From NCBI GenBank assembly GCA_016182525.1, contig JACPGL010000028.1, positions 1 to 55,164 on the forward strand: DNA of 55,164 nt. The letters are read 5' to 3'. Below the pieces are notes generated by a model. It saw nothing but the letters and a program-made list of their open reading frames with translations. It did not search any database and had not been told where the DNA came from. Source of the DNA: Candidatus Kerfeldbacteria bacterium (lineage in GTDB: Bacteria; Patescibacteriota; Patescibacteriia; JACPL01). The stretch's first letter is position 1; each line of letters opens with the position of its first letter. Below, in pieces: positions 34,870-44,218 of the stretch. A program made the translations under genes and the position numbers.

Positions 34870-34962
34870 TGGGAGGGCGAAAGCCCGAGCATGGAGCGAG
34901 GTGTGACAGGGTGCCCGCTGACAGGACCCGCCATCTCCGGCTGTACCCTCCTCTCGACTCCA

Positions 34963-34991
34963 TTTACATATTCCGAGTATTCTTGTATAAT
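34963..34991 (+). promoter_or_regulatory. Strong promoter TTTACA-17-(TG)TATAAT for hsp20
   Basis: -35 34963-34968, extended -10 TGTATAAT 34984-34991; lies inside the long ORF-track version of the gene. Confidence 0.6.
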
Positions 34992-35016
34992 AAAACAGAC
35001 ATTCACACAAAAACCC

Positions 35017-35541
35017 GTGGACGATACGAACATTTCTAAACTTCACAACACGCTTCGAGATTTGAACAACGAGCAGGACGTTGATTTTTTCAATCGGCAG
35101 GCTGATCGTGCAGAAAAAAGCACAGAGAAACAGACTGAAACTCCGGAAGCGCCAGCCGTTTCCTCCTCACAAACTCGCGAAGACTGGTTCGAGAATGCGT
35201 CGTATGACGGCCAGCTCTCAGTCGACGTCTTTCAAACTCCTGATTCGGTCGTCATCCAGTCAACGATTGCAGGAGTCAAACCCGACGATCTCGACATCTC
35301 CATTCAAAGCGACATGGTGACGATCCGCGGCAAGCGATCCCGCACGCATGAAGTGCAAGACGAAAATTATCTCTACCAAGAATGTTACTGGGGAGGATTT
35401 TCCCGTTCGATCATCTTGCCCGTGGAAATCCGCGACGACAAAGCCGCCGCAGAAATGGAAGACGGCATTCTCACGATTACGCTCCCCAAAGCCAACAAAT
35501 CAAAAGTGACAACACTTAAAGTCAACCATAAAGAATCTTAA
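35017..35541 (+). CDS. Small heat-shock protein (Hsp20/alpha-crystallin family)
   Basis: ACD: DGQLSVDVFQTPDSVVIQSTIAGVKPDDLDISIQSDMVTIRG...GGFSRSIILP...AEMEDGILTITLPK; GTG 35017 chosen because the promoter lies downstream of the ATG at 34891; exact start uncertain. Confidence 0.8.
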   Translation: MDDTNISKLHNTLRDLNNEQDVDFFNRQADRAEKSTEKQTETPEAPAVSSSQTREDWFENASYDGQLSVDVFQTPDSVVIQSTIAGVKPDDLDISIQSDMVTIRGKRSRTHEVQDENYLYQECYWGGFSRSIILPVEIRDDKAAAEMEDGILTITLPKANKSKVTTLKVNHKES

Positions 35542-35551
35542 AGCACAGGTT

Positions 35552-36793
35552 ATGATTCAACGCTTTCTTCTCTCGGTGGGGGTGCTTGCGATCGTCGTTT
35601 TCGCGGGCGGGCAATCAGCAGCGGCTGCATCGCTCCGTGAAACCGATAGTGCGGCAAAGTCAAAATACGATACTGCCCGGTCCGAAACCGTGCAGGCAAT
35701 GAATGTTTACCAATCGGCTCGAGCCGACTATCTCTCTGCGCGCGCAAAATACCAACAGACAAAAAGCAATGCGGATCTGAAAACAACCTTGACCGAAGCG
35801 AAAGACTATCTCTTGAAAGCCGACCGAGCCATGACGGCGTACTTAGGGCAGCTCAAAGCCAAGGTGGAGATGACCGACGGAATGTCCGATGCCGATCAAA
35901 GCGCGTCTTTGGCCGAGCTCAATGCCGACATCGCCTGGCTCAAGAGTCAGGAAAGCACGATCCAATCGGCGGACAGTCGTGACGCATTAGTCGCCGCTGC
36001 AACTCCAGTGAAAAATCGATGGCAGACGATCCGCGTATCCGCAAAACGAATCACTGGGCGAGTCATCGCTGCCGGAACGAATGCGGTTATCACAAAATTA
36101 GAAGAAGCCGAACAGAAGGCCGACGATCGGATCGCTCAAGCCAAGGGCGAAGGATACGACACAACCGATGTTGAAGCATTGCAGACGACTCTCGAATCTC
36201 AACTCGCCCTCGCACGAACGTCATATAAAGAAGCGACGGTGAAATTCAACGCGATCACGAATCTTGAGAGTGCCGACACGCTGCTTCGCGAGGGCAAGAA
36301 CAGCATCAATCAGGCGAACACGCATGTACGATCGGCCCACGCGACCCTGAAAAACCTCATTGCCGAGATGAAAAAATTGCAAAAGGCGGAGGTCACGGGG
36401 AGCGGACTGATCACGTTCCAAGGCAATGGCTCGGCTGTCCTGATTGGAAACGGACGTGTCTCGGGCACAACCGGCGTCTCCACTGATCAAACGGCTGCAA
36501 CGCTCAGAGTCGAAGACCGCGCGGGCGATGCGAACGTCACGACAGACGGGAAGGGAACGAGCGAAAAAGTCGACAACAAAATAACCGTGTACACCGGTCT
36601 TGGTCAAGCAACCGTGACGGGAACCGATGTCACCGTGACCATCACCGGGCCGGGGCTTGATGTGAGCGCATCCGGAACAGGGACGGTGAAACTCACCGGA
36701 AAAGGTTCGTACAAGGTCGGCAAGGACGGCACGTCCAAGACATTAGATGGAAAGGTGGAATTGCAGATTGTTGGGCCTGCGGTCGCTGAATAA
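35552..36793 (+). CDS. Secreted protein: helical/coiled-coil N-half, Gly/Thr-rich beta-type C-half; function unknown
   Basis: 413-aa ORF, signal peptide MIQRFLLSVGVLAIVVFAGGQSAAA. Confidence 0.65.
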   Translation: MIQRFLLSVGVLAIVVFAGGQSAAAASLRETDSAAKSKYDTARSETVQAMNVYQSARADYLSARAKYQQTKSNADLKTTLTEAKDYLLKADRAMTAYLGQLKAKVEMTDGMSDADQSASLAELNADIAWLKSQESTIQSADSRDALVAAATPVKNRWQTIRVSAKRITGRVIAAGTNAVITKLEEAEQKADDRIAQAKGEGYDTTDVEALQTTLESQLALARTSYKEATVKFNAITNLESADTLLREGKNSINQANTHVRSAHATLKNLIAEMKKLQKAEVTGSGLITFQGNGSAVLIGNGRVSGTTGVSTDQTAATLRVEDRAGDANVTTDGKGTSEKVDNKITVYTGLGQATVTGTDVTVTITGPGLDVSASGTGTVKLTGKGSYKVGKDGTSKTLDGKVELQIVGPAVAE

Positions 36794-36820
36794 TCATCAT
36801 CGTTGAATAAACATACGCTT

Positions 36821-37090
36821 ATGAAAAAAATTCTCGCCCCGCTCACCGTCATCCTCGTTATTATCCTCCTCGTCATCGCAATTATGGCCGCTCGTCAATC
36901 GAGAAATTCGAACACAAATACGAATCGAACCTCGAACACGGAACCCGGAACGCGAACGACGGACACAACGAAAGACGTGACCGATACCGCCGATCTTGAG
37001 GTCACCGAACTTGAGGAGGCATTGTCGGATATTGATACGACGACAGAGCAGCTCGAAGTGCCGGATATTGATCCGACAGTTGAGTTTTAG
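36821..37090 (+). CDS. Small single-pass membrane protein with acidic Thr/Asp/Glu-rich tail
   Basis: MKKILAPLTVILVIILLVIAIMAA...; the upstream TTG (36803) is the ORF-track start. Confidence 0.5.
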   Translation: MKKILAPLTVILVIILLVIAIMAARQSRNSNTNTNRTSNTEPGTRTTDTTKDVTDTADLEVTELEEALSDIDTTTEQLEVPDIDPTVEF

Positions 37091-38932
37091 ATGCCTCAAA
37101 AAACACCACCCAAAAAACCATCTCATCTTCGCCCGTTCCCGATCGCATGCGGATTGCTTGTCGGCATTGTTGTCGTGCTTGCTGTTCTTGTGATCTACGA
37201 TCGGGCGTATCGTGGACGAATCTACCCTGGCGTAGCCATTGGGAATACTGAAGTGGGCGGTAAAACACCAGAAGCGGTGCTTGCGGATCTTGACGAACGC
37301 ACGAGCGACGTGTTGAAAACTGGGTTGGTGTTTCAAACCCCAGAAGCGACGGTGACCATCCCCGCAGCGATCGCTACGCAAGATTTTTCGTACGATATTT
37401 TGGCGTTCGATCACAATGCGAGCGTGAACGCTGCGTATGCCTTTGGCCGGCAAAATGATACGTGGACGAACATTCGCGAGCGGCTGTCGGCTTTGGTGTT
37501 TGACTATACGGTTCCACCGTCCTCTACCTTTGACGAGCAAGAATTTTTGTCCGTCTTTTCAGAAAATGTTCAGAATCTGGAAACGCCAAAGGTGGATGCC
37601 GAGTTGATGGTGAAAGCGGATGGATCGCTGGATATTCAACCTGAAAAAAGCGGGCAGGCATTTGTCCGCAAAACACTCGTCTCTCGAGTTGAAAATCAGA
37701 TATGGGATCTTTCGTTTGATCCATTGCCCATTGCTCTTGAAACAGATGTGCCCGCGATCACAGAGCAGGATGCACAACCGCTTCTGCCGAGCGCTCGTGG
37801 CATTGCCGCACGCGCTCCTCTCACCCTCACGTTTGAAGACAAAAAATGGGAAGTTGGAGAAGCCGAAGTGAGCACATGGCTCGCGCTTCGAACAGGCGAC
37901 AAGGGGATTACGCTCGATCTTCGCCAAGACCATGTGGATCAAACGTTGGATCGACTTCGCCCAGAGGTGGATGTTGAAGCGAAGAACGGAAAATTTTCCA
38001 TTTCCGATGGCAAGGTGAGTGAATTCCAACAAGCGAGCGTTGGCCGAACGGTTGACTCTGATGAAACATTCGCCGCTCTTCGCACGCTCCTCTTAGAGAC
38101 GACCGACACCACGGCTTCACTTGTTGTGACTACACTCAAGCCCGAAGTTGCGGGTGAAATTAATCCTGCTGAATTTGGAATTGTTGAACTGTTGGGGACT
38201 GGCCATACGAACTTCCGTGGAAGCCCACCGAATCGCATCCATAATATCACGAATGGCGCAACCATTTTGAATGGGCTGTTGGTGAAACCCGGGGATGAAT
38301 TTTCTCTCGTCACCTCGCTCTTGCCGTTTGACACGGATCATGGCTGGAAAGAAGAGCTTGTCATTAAAGGCAATCGCACGATCCCCGAGGTCGGCGGTGG
38401 AGGATGTCAACTCGGCACAACGTTCTTCCGCGCGGCACTGAACTCCGCCATGCCGATCACTGCTCGGCGCAATCACTCCTACATTGTTTCATATTACTAC
38501 GACGAAGAAGGCAAGCCCGGCAAAGACGCAACGATTTATGACCCGCAACCCGATTTCCGATTCAAAAATGACACCGGCAAATATGTCTTAATCCAAACGC
38601 GCATTGAAGGATTTGATTTTTACGTGGACTTTTGGGGAACCGAAGATGGCCGCTCGCAAGTGCAGACAAGCACGGTGGTGACGAACTGGACCAATCCTGA
38701 ACCGCCAAAAACGATCAAGACCACCGACATTCCGCCGGGCGAACGGAAGCAGCTTGAAAAAGCGCACAAGGGCGCAAGCACGTCGTTCGACTACATCATC
38801 ACCTATCCCGAGGGCACACAAGATACAACGACCTTCGCGTCAAAGTATAAAGCGTGGCAAGAGGTGTGGCTCGAAGGCGTGACGCCGGAAGAGTTCAAAG
38901 CTGACCAAGAGAAAGAACAAAAGCCATCGTAA
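37091..38932 (+). CDS. VanW-family protein with N-terminal membrane anchor
   Basis: 613-aa ORF; TM IACGLLVGIVVVLAVLVIY; VanW core GGGCQLGTTFFRAALNSAMPITARRNHSY. Confidence 0.8.
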   Translation: MPQKTPPKKPSHLRPFPIACGLLVGIVVVLAVLVIYDRAYRGRIYPGVAIGNTEVGGKTPEAVLADLDERTSDVLKTGLVFQTPEATVTIPAAIATQDFSYDILAFDHNASVNAAYAFGRQNDTWTNIRERLSALVFDYTVPPSSTFDEQEFLSVFSENVQNLETPKVDAELMVKADGSLDIQPEKSGQAFVRKTLVSRVENQIWDLSFDPLPIALETDVPAITEQDAQPLLPSARGIAARAPLTLTFEDKKWEVGEAEVSTWLALRTGDKGITLDLRQDHVDQTLDRLRPEVDVEAKNGKFSISDGKVSEFQQASVGRTVDSDETFAALRTLLLETTDTTASLVVTTLKPEVAGEINPAEFGIVELLGTGHTNFRGSPPNRIHNITNGATILNGLLVKPGDEFSLVTSLLPFDTDHGWKEELVIKGNRTIPEVGGGGCQLGTTFFRAALNSAMPITARRNHSYIVSYYYDEEGKPGKDATIYDPQPDFRFKNDTGKYVLIQTRIEGFDFYVDFWGTEDGRSQVQTSTVVTNWTNPEPPKTIKTTDIPPGERKQLEKAHKGASTSFDYIITYPEGTQDTTTFASKYKAWQEVWLEGVTPEEFKADQEKEQKPS

Positions 38933-39015
38933 GTGATTCGCGAAGACGAGATCTGTTGACAAAGAGAGGAATCTCATGTAGAAGGGGCATATCCCTTTCA
39001 CCCTAGGAGATCCTC

Positions 39016-39327
39016 ATGGGAAGGTACCGCTCGAAGCATACCACGTACATCTCTGGCGCCCGCCGGTTTGGCGAGAGTCTGGCCGATCTGCCACATGTAG
39101 CACGGGTTACCTGTGGTCCAATCCGATACCGTGGTTCTCATTCAGGGAGTCGGATCCGGATTACATGCACTCGAACGAGTGTCAGGGTGACCTTTAGTAC
39201 CGGGAGCGGCCATCAAGACTTTTTCGCCGTCCCAGATGCGACGACGAAAGTCGAGGAGCTCTGGAGGATCCTGCATGAGCACTTCGGTGGTCATACGCCG
39301 CCGGGCGGGCATGCCCGTGATGGCTGA
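39016..39327 (+). CDS. Hypothetical protein
   Basis: 103-aa ORF with AGGAG 6 nt before the ATG; no family recognised. Confidence 0.45.
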   Translation: MGRYRSKHTTYISGARRFGESLADLPHVARVTCGPIRYRGSHSGSRIRITCTRTSVRVTFSTGSGHQDFFAVPDATTKVEELWRILHEHFGGHTPPGGHARDG

Positions 39328-39353
39328 TCCTTTGTGACGATAGGGGCATCGCC

Positions 39354-39378
39354 GGGCGAGAGAACCGTTCTCTCGCCC
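39354..39378. terminator. Perfect 11-bp hairpin between convergent genes
   Basis: GGGCGAGAGAA-ccg-TTCTCTCGCCC; no U-tract. Confidence 0.35.
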
Positions 39379-39406
39379 GCGCCCATCCTCCGAGAGATGG
39401 GCACTT

Positions 39407-40144
39407 TTACTTTTTCGGGGGTGGGGTCACTTCCCACAACATTTCGAAAATCGACCCAAAAATATCCACCATGGCCGGGATGGCGATGACAACGGCAAGA
39501 GATGCAAACTCTGGGCTAACAACCAGGATCTTGTCATCAAAAATATCGATTGTGCTACGGAATCCATAGGTTGAGGGGAGATAGCGATACTCTCGTCGGA
39601 GGCGAGGATCTGTTGGATTGATCTCTTTGGAATCTGCACTTAACAAAAGCCGGGTCGAAATCCGTACTGCGCCACGGTCTTTGCGGAATTGCACGAAAAA
39701 CGCTGGATCAATCCCCTCCCATCCTTTTGCGCTACTAATAATCCGATAGGACCGACCTTTGTACTCAATGAGAATTCCACGATAGAACTCTTGGAGCTCG
39801 TCTTTGGTTTCGATAAATCGAAGACCGAAATCGCGTGTTTCGCGCTTTTCAAAAGATTCGAGCACAGGGATGATGGTCGTAAAGGCATCGAGCTTTCTCT
39901 CAAACAGCCCGGCAACGCGAGCGGGTTTTTGCGCATAGTAAAACTGCTGCGACTTGCGGTAATACATCGTCACAAATCCTTTTCGTGAAAGCGATTTGAG
40001 AATCGGATAGACCGTGGTGCGCTTCAGGCCGGTCTCTCGCGCTACTCGACTTGCTCGCGACCCGCCGATTTTGAGCAGTGCAAGATAGATTCGCGCCTCC
40101 TGCTCCGAAAGTCCAAGACTTTCAAGTATTTTGCTATTCTTCAT
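39407..40144 (-). CDS. TrmB-family transcriptional regulator
   Basis: LGLSEQEARIYLALLKIGGSRASRVARETGLKRTTVYPILKSLSRKGFV. Confidence 0.8.
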   Translation of the reverse strand: MKNSKILESLGLSEQEARIYLALLKIGGSRASRVARETGLKRTTVYPILKSLSRKGFVTMYYRKSQQFYYAQKPARVAGLFERKLDAFTTIIPVLESFEKRETRDFGLRFIETKDELQEFYRGILIEYKGRSYRIISSAKGWEGIDPAFFVQFRKDRGAVRISTRLLLSADSKEINPTDPRLRREYRYLPSTYGFRSTIDIFDDKILVVSPEFASLAVVIAIPAMVDIFGSIFEMLWEVTPPPKK

Positions 40145-40238
40145 ATTCTGAATGTGTCAAGATTTTTCAACACTTCCTTATCCTGATCAATTTGTACTTT
40201 ATTCTAGCTGAAATGTCAATACTTGTCGTCAAGAATGT

Positions 40239-40267
40239 TTGACCATATTTTACACTCCCCTCATACT
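40239..40267 (+). promoter_or_regulatory. Promoter candidate TTGACC-17-CATACT for the 40312 gene
   Basis: Read directly; supports the plus-strand ORF over the antisense 40261..40725 ORF. Confidence 0.4.
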
Positions 40268-40311
40268 TCCCTCACGAGGTGAATCCACGCCTCACGAACC
40301 GGAGGGACGAA

Positions 40312-40938
40312 ATGCGCCTTCAATACGACATTGTCTGCTACGATGATGCGACAAAAAAGGATCGGCTTATTCAAGGCGCGAGAACACGGAAGATCAATCT
40401 CCAATCGCTGCGAGAGACCGGTGTCGACTGCCAGACGGTCGAACCCCTTAAGGAAGACCAACTCGTGTTTTTCCAGAGGACCAACGCGTTCGGGTACTTT
40501 CTCCGTGATCTGGCGTGCTTTCCGAATAAGGTTTTCCCGCTCGGCGAATACTATTTCGATCTGGGTTATCCAGTGATACGGTATGTGCGCGATCTCTTGC
40601 TCGCAACGCACGCGATCGCCCTCACCATAGAGGTCTTCCGCCACAAGGGCGAGCAGAAAATTCTCGTCATGCGGATCATCCTCGAGCATCCCGATGGGTT
40701 CACGAGCACGTGGGGTCAGCCGCACAAAGGAGAGGAGGAGCTCTACTCCCTGGAATTCTCCTTACGAAGGGCGTGGGATGGTTCCGTAGGGCTGCACCGA
40801 CTCTTGTTCGATAAGCTCGAGAGCCTGGCTGTGAACTTCAGTCACTACGGCAAGATCATGTATCAGGTGCCCGAGGAGCTTTCGGAGCAGTACCCTGAAA
40901 AGCTCCCTGTCCCCGACCGACCCGATCGCGAGTCCTGA
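40312..40938 (+). CDS. Hypothetical protein
   Basis: 208 aa from Met12 of the ORF-track entry; GGAGGG 5 nt before this ATG; no family recognised. Confidence 0.6.
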   Translation: MRLQYDIVCYDDATKKDRLIQGARTRKINLQSLRETGVDCQTVEPLKEDQLVFFQRTNAFGYFLRDLACFPNKVFPLGEYYFDLGYPVIRYVRDLLLATHAIALTIEVFRHKGEQKILVMRIILEHPDGFTSTWGQPHKGEEELYSLEFSLRRAWDGSVGLHRLLFDKLESLAVNFSHYGKIMYQVPEELSEQYPEKLPVPDRPDRES

Positions 40939-41128
40939 TTGTAGACTCACCTCAAAAATCCCGCGCTGTGTGGAGGAGCAGCGCGGAGTTATTCATTTCA
41001 GAACATGGTTGAACTACTTCTTGAGATCATCTCGAGAATACAATTCTGGTTCATCATTAAGAAAATCAAAAGCACCGCCGCGAGCATTGATCACTGTAAT
41101 TTCGTCGAGGTCACTCTCTTCTTGAGTT

Positions 41129-41443
41129 TTAGACAACTCGGATTCCGGTTTTTCGGATTTCATAGGCCATCGGATCGGCATCGTTTGCAAAACCCCGCAC
41201 AGTAAACCCATGAGGCTCGATGCGAGTATCAACATGCCGACGAACTTTCCATAAGAGAAGCCGATCATTATCCTTTTTCTTTCGAAATCGATCCGAGACA
41301 ACAGCAACATCAATATCACTCCACTTGTTAGATTTTCCCCTAATCTGGGAACCAAAAATATATAATGCCGAATAGGGGAAATCGGACTTGCGCAACGCCT
41401 CACCGTACTTTTTGACGATCTTTTTTACTTCAGCTTTCGACAT
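41129..41443 (-). CDS. Minimal nucleotidyltransferase (MNT-type), orphan
   Basis: 104-aa ORF, LYIFGSQIRGKSNKWSDIDVAVV NTase motif; no intact HEPN partner seen. Confidence 0.8.
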   Translation of the reverse strand: MSKAEVKKIVKKYGEALRKSDFPYSALYIFGSQIRGKSNKWSDIDVAVVSDRFRKKKDNDRLLLWKVRRHVDTRIEPHGFTVRGFANDADPMAYEIRKTGIRVV

Positions 41444-41539
41444 AATTTTTTGTATAAAGCAACAATCTTTTCAAAATGCTCTTCTGTATATTTTTGTGTA
41501 CATGTTTTGTAGAACTGCAACTTGAGTCTGTAGAAATTC

Positions 41540-41627
41540 GTCACTCGCGAGTCCCGAAGGGGCGAAGCAATCTATCGTTTCTCTAACAAACAAGAGATTG
41601 CTTCGTCGCTTCGCTCCTCGCAATGAC
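41540..41627. repeat. Complete 88-bp family-1 palindromic element (both arms)
   Basis: GTCACTCGCGAGTCCCGAAGGGGCGAAGCAATCT...AGATTGCTTCGTCGCTTCGCTCCTCGCAATGAC; flanks CTGTAGAAA/TTTCTACAG extend the palindrome. Confidence 0.75.
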
Positions 41628-41729
41628 AGAAAAAGTAAGTTTTTCTACAGTCTCAATTTCCTTTACTTTCTTTCCATCCATACATTCATACTATAGGAGA
41701 CGGCTATGAAAATCAAGCCCCGCCTTCTC

Positions 41730-42521
41730 CTATTCCGAAACAATGATCACCTTGGCGCCAGTGGTCATCTTTTCTTCAGAACCCGGCCAATCATGCATCG
41801 CATTCAGAATGGTGTCGTAGGAGTAGCGATAGAGTTCGCCGCGGCGCGTGCCGGGGTCGTTGGTAATAAACTCGCTGGTCGTATCATCGTAGCCGCGGAT
41901 CACCAAGTAATGAAACACCGGCCCGGGCGCGGTGTAATACGGATTGCCAAGCAACTGGCCAGCCATGGGCGCCGCGATCGGTTTGCCGGCGGCGAGTTTC
42001 TTTTTCATATCTTCAAGCGTGGGGTTTTCGATAACCGAGTATGATTCATCATAAAACTTCTCGGCAAACTCTACGGTTTGTTCCGCGGTCGTATCTTCGT
42101 AGAATCCAAAAATTTTCACTTCATACGCCACAAGATCCTTAATCGCTTGATCCGCGTCGTCAGCACTGATGGAAGCAACTTTTTTATTCGCAAGATGGAG
42201 CATGAGCATGGCCGCCTCTTCGCATGCTTCTTTGTAGGGTAAACTCCAATCTGCATGCGGCGCCTGCGAGGTGAATGGAACATCAAGCAGAACAGAGGGC
42301 GGAAGTTCTTTGTCGTTCTGAGCGGCCTCTTGCTCCTCTTCCTCTGCTCCTCCGCCAACCGCTGGTTCATCATCTTTTTCAGCTTCAGCATTCACAAGTG
42401 TGTTCGAGATATTCGTGTTCGCCTCATTCGTCGCGACTGGCGTCACTCGGTCGCCATACACCACCCATGCCGTTATCCCAACGGCAGCACCAAAAATAAA
42501 GAGAGTAATTCCTTTGGTCAT
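41730..42521 (-). CDS. Membrane-anchored C39-like cysteine peptidase domain protein
   Basis: TM GITLFIFGAAVGITAWVV, acidic linker, then VPFTSQAPHADWSLPYKEACEEAAMLM typical of Peptidase_C39_2-like domains. Confidence 0.65.
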   Translation of the reverse strand: MTKGITLFIFGAAVGITAWVVYGDRVTPVATNEANTNISNTLVNAEAEKDDEPAVGGGAEEEEQEAAQNDKELPPSVLLDVPFTSQAPHADWSLPYKEACEEAAMLMLHLANKKVASISADDADQAIKDLVAYEVKIFGFYEDTTAEQTVEFAEKFYDESYSVIENPTLEDMKKKLAAGKPIAAPMAGQLLGNPYYTAPGPVFHYLVIRGYDDTTSEFITNDPGTRRGELYRYSYDTILNAMHDWPGSEEKMTTGAKVIIVSE

Positions 42522-42596
42522 ATAGGATAAGCATACCGTGATTTGAGGGAACAGGCAAGAATGTGCTAAGATGGAAAGAGAAAGGAGGTGAACTCT

Positions 42597-42839
42597 ATGT
42601 GTTGTGGAAGTCCACATGAAAAATCAATGAAACCCGTCAAAGGTCTGGTGCTGATTGTGATTGGTATTTTGTGGTGGTTTACAAACGCCGGATTACTTGA
42701 TGGGGCGTTTTGGGATTGGCTTCTTCCGGTTCTCGTCATCGCCCTTGGATTGAAAATGGTTGTGCTCGCGTCATGTCAGTGTGAAGCATGCAGAGAATGC
42801 AAAGATGAAAAGATGGAAACCAAGTCTCAAAAGAAATAG
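42597..42839 (+). CDS. Small Cys-rich membrane protein
   Basis: AAAGGAGG 8 nt before ATG 42597; two TM segments, C-terminal CQCEACRECK. Confidence 0.55.
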   Translation: MCCGSPHEKSMKPVKGLVLIVIGILWWFTNAGLLDGAFWDWLLPVLVIALGLKMVVLASCQCEACRECKDEKMETKSQKK

Positions 42840-42886
42840 AGGGGTAACGCAAAACATCCCGCACGCGCGGGGTGTTTTGATTTTGA

Positions 42887-43240
42887 TTACACTTCTACCT
42901 CTTTCCACACAAGATCGCGAGCATGAAGGTAGCGACGGGTAAATTCGACCGCATCCGTGACCGAAAACGGTTTACAGGTGTACGCGTCCACTGTAAAGAG
43001 TGGTGGAGTGGTGGGATAGGAATAAAAGTGCGCGCCGGATGTTACCCAATGAATCCAGCCGCCATAACCCATATCTTCGGCCGGATACGCGAAAGGAGCT
43101 TGCAGTTGGCGCATTCCAACCACCTTTGAAAGTTCGTGGAGATAGGATGTGATGCGATCTGGTTCGACAATCGTTTCGGTCGTTCCTTCAATAATGACGC
43201 GTTGTCGAACAAGATCAGGGGCAAGGTTTTTCCACGGCAT
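42887..43240 (-). CDS. S-adenosylmethionine decarboxylase-related (SpeH-like) protein, tentative
   Basis: 117 aa from Met43; ...IIEGTT...WVTSGAHFYSYP...TVDAYTCKPF resembles the AdoMetDC fold pattern. The longer ORF start would be back-to-back (CATATG) with the 43367 gene. Confidence 0.4.
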   Translation of the reverse strand: MPWKNLAPDLVRQRVIIEGTTETIVEPDRITSYLHELSKVVGMRQLQAPFAYPAEDMGYGGWIHWVTSGAHFYSYPTTPPLFTVDAYTCKPFSVTDAVEFTRRYLHARDLVWKEVEV

Positions 43241-43331
43241 AAAGAGAAAAGAAGAGTATGCCTCCTCTATACCGCACACAGAAATATGTGTCGAGAAAAA
43301 GAGAGAAGGAAAGGAGCTAGTAAACAAACTC

Positions 43332-43360
43332 TTTACTCTAAAACGAATCTTTGGTAGGAT
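43332..43360 (+). promoter_or_regulatory. Promoter TTTACT-17-TAGGAT ending 6 nt before ATG 43367
   Basis: cTTTACTctaaaacgaatctttggTAGGATtggcatATG. Confidence 0.45.
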
Positions 43361-43366
43361 TGGCAT

Positions 43367-44218
43367 ATGTTTCTACGCAAACACTTCTCACTCGACGATC
43401 GCATTCTTGCCCATCTCCAGCATGGGTCGATGATTATTCTCGATCTCATAGCCACGATCAAACGCGAGCGGCCAGGCACCACAAAACAGGGCGTATATGC
43501 TGCGCTTCGGATTTTAAAAAAAGAAGAGGTCGTTGTGCTTCATGCCGGACGTGCTTCGTTGAATGCCGCGTGGCTCACGAACGTCCATCGCTACTTCACC
43601 ATTGCCGAGCACTATTACTTTCAAAAAAATGTGGGCGCTGGACACTTTGCCAATTTGCGCGAGGGAGAAAAGATTCAATACACATTCACCAGTCCTCTCG
43701 TTGCGGACACGTTTTGGATTCATGCACTCTTTATTCTTATTGAGACCACGCCGCCCGGTGCACACTTCATTGCGTACGACCCGCACTGCTGGTTCTTTTT
43801 GGCACACGCGGAAAGTGAGCGTGGATTTGTTCGATTTGCTCGCGTGCACAAACGGCTGTACCTCGTGAGTGTCGGCGCTCGCACTCCTCTTGATCGCCTG
43901 GTCGCGCGCGAAGTAGATGGAACGCACAGTCAGTACGCAATGCTCACTCCTGCTCCCTTCCCTTCAACGCGATATATCAATATCATTGGAGACTATGTGA
44001 TTGACGTGTCACTTGAGAAACGGGTTGCCGATGCGATGGATGCGTTTTACACGCGGACGCGAGAATGGACGCCGGACGTGGGAAGAGCATTACGCCATCT
44101 TGTTGAAGAACGCGGACGAACAAAGCTTGTCATTTCGCGCAACGCCAAAAAAGCCGAGCAACTCCGCCGCAAATTCCTCAAATCTTTTTATATTCCAAAA
44201 GAGATCAACGTAAACTGA
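43367..44218 (+). CDS. wHTH protein, divergent TrmB-like paralogue
   Basis: 283-aa ORF; N-terminal wHTH-like ILDLIATIKRERPGTTKQGVYAALRILKKEEVV; C-terminal YINIIGDYVIDV parallels VDIFGDYVVTF in 46359..47111. Confidence 0.6.
   Translation: MFLRKHFSLDDRILAHLQHGSMIILDLIATIKRERPGTTKQGVYAALRILKKEEVVVLHAGRASLNAAWLTNVHRYFTIAEHYYFQKNVGAGHFANLREGEKIQYTFTSPLVADTFWIHALFILIETTPPGAHFIAYDPHCWFFLAHAESERGFVRFARVHKRLYLVSVGARTPLDRLVAREVDGTHSQYAMLTPAPFPSTRYINIIGDYVIDVSLEKRVADAMDAFYTRTREWTPDVGRALRHLVEERGRTKLVISRNAKKAEQLRRKFLKSFYIPKEINVN

Noticed and set aside
40261-40725. 154-aa minus-strand ORF overlapping the 40312..40938 gene
   Set aside because: The plus-strand frame has a GGAGGG SD and an upstream TTGACC-17-CATACT promoter, while the minus frame has neither. 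Both cannot be excluded without expression data.
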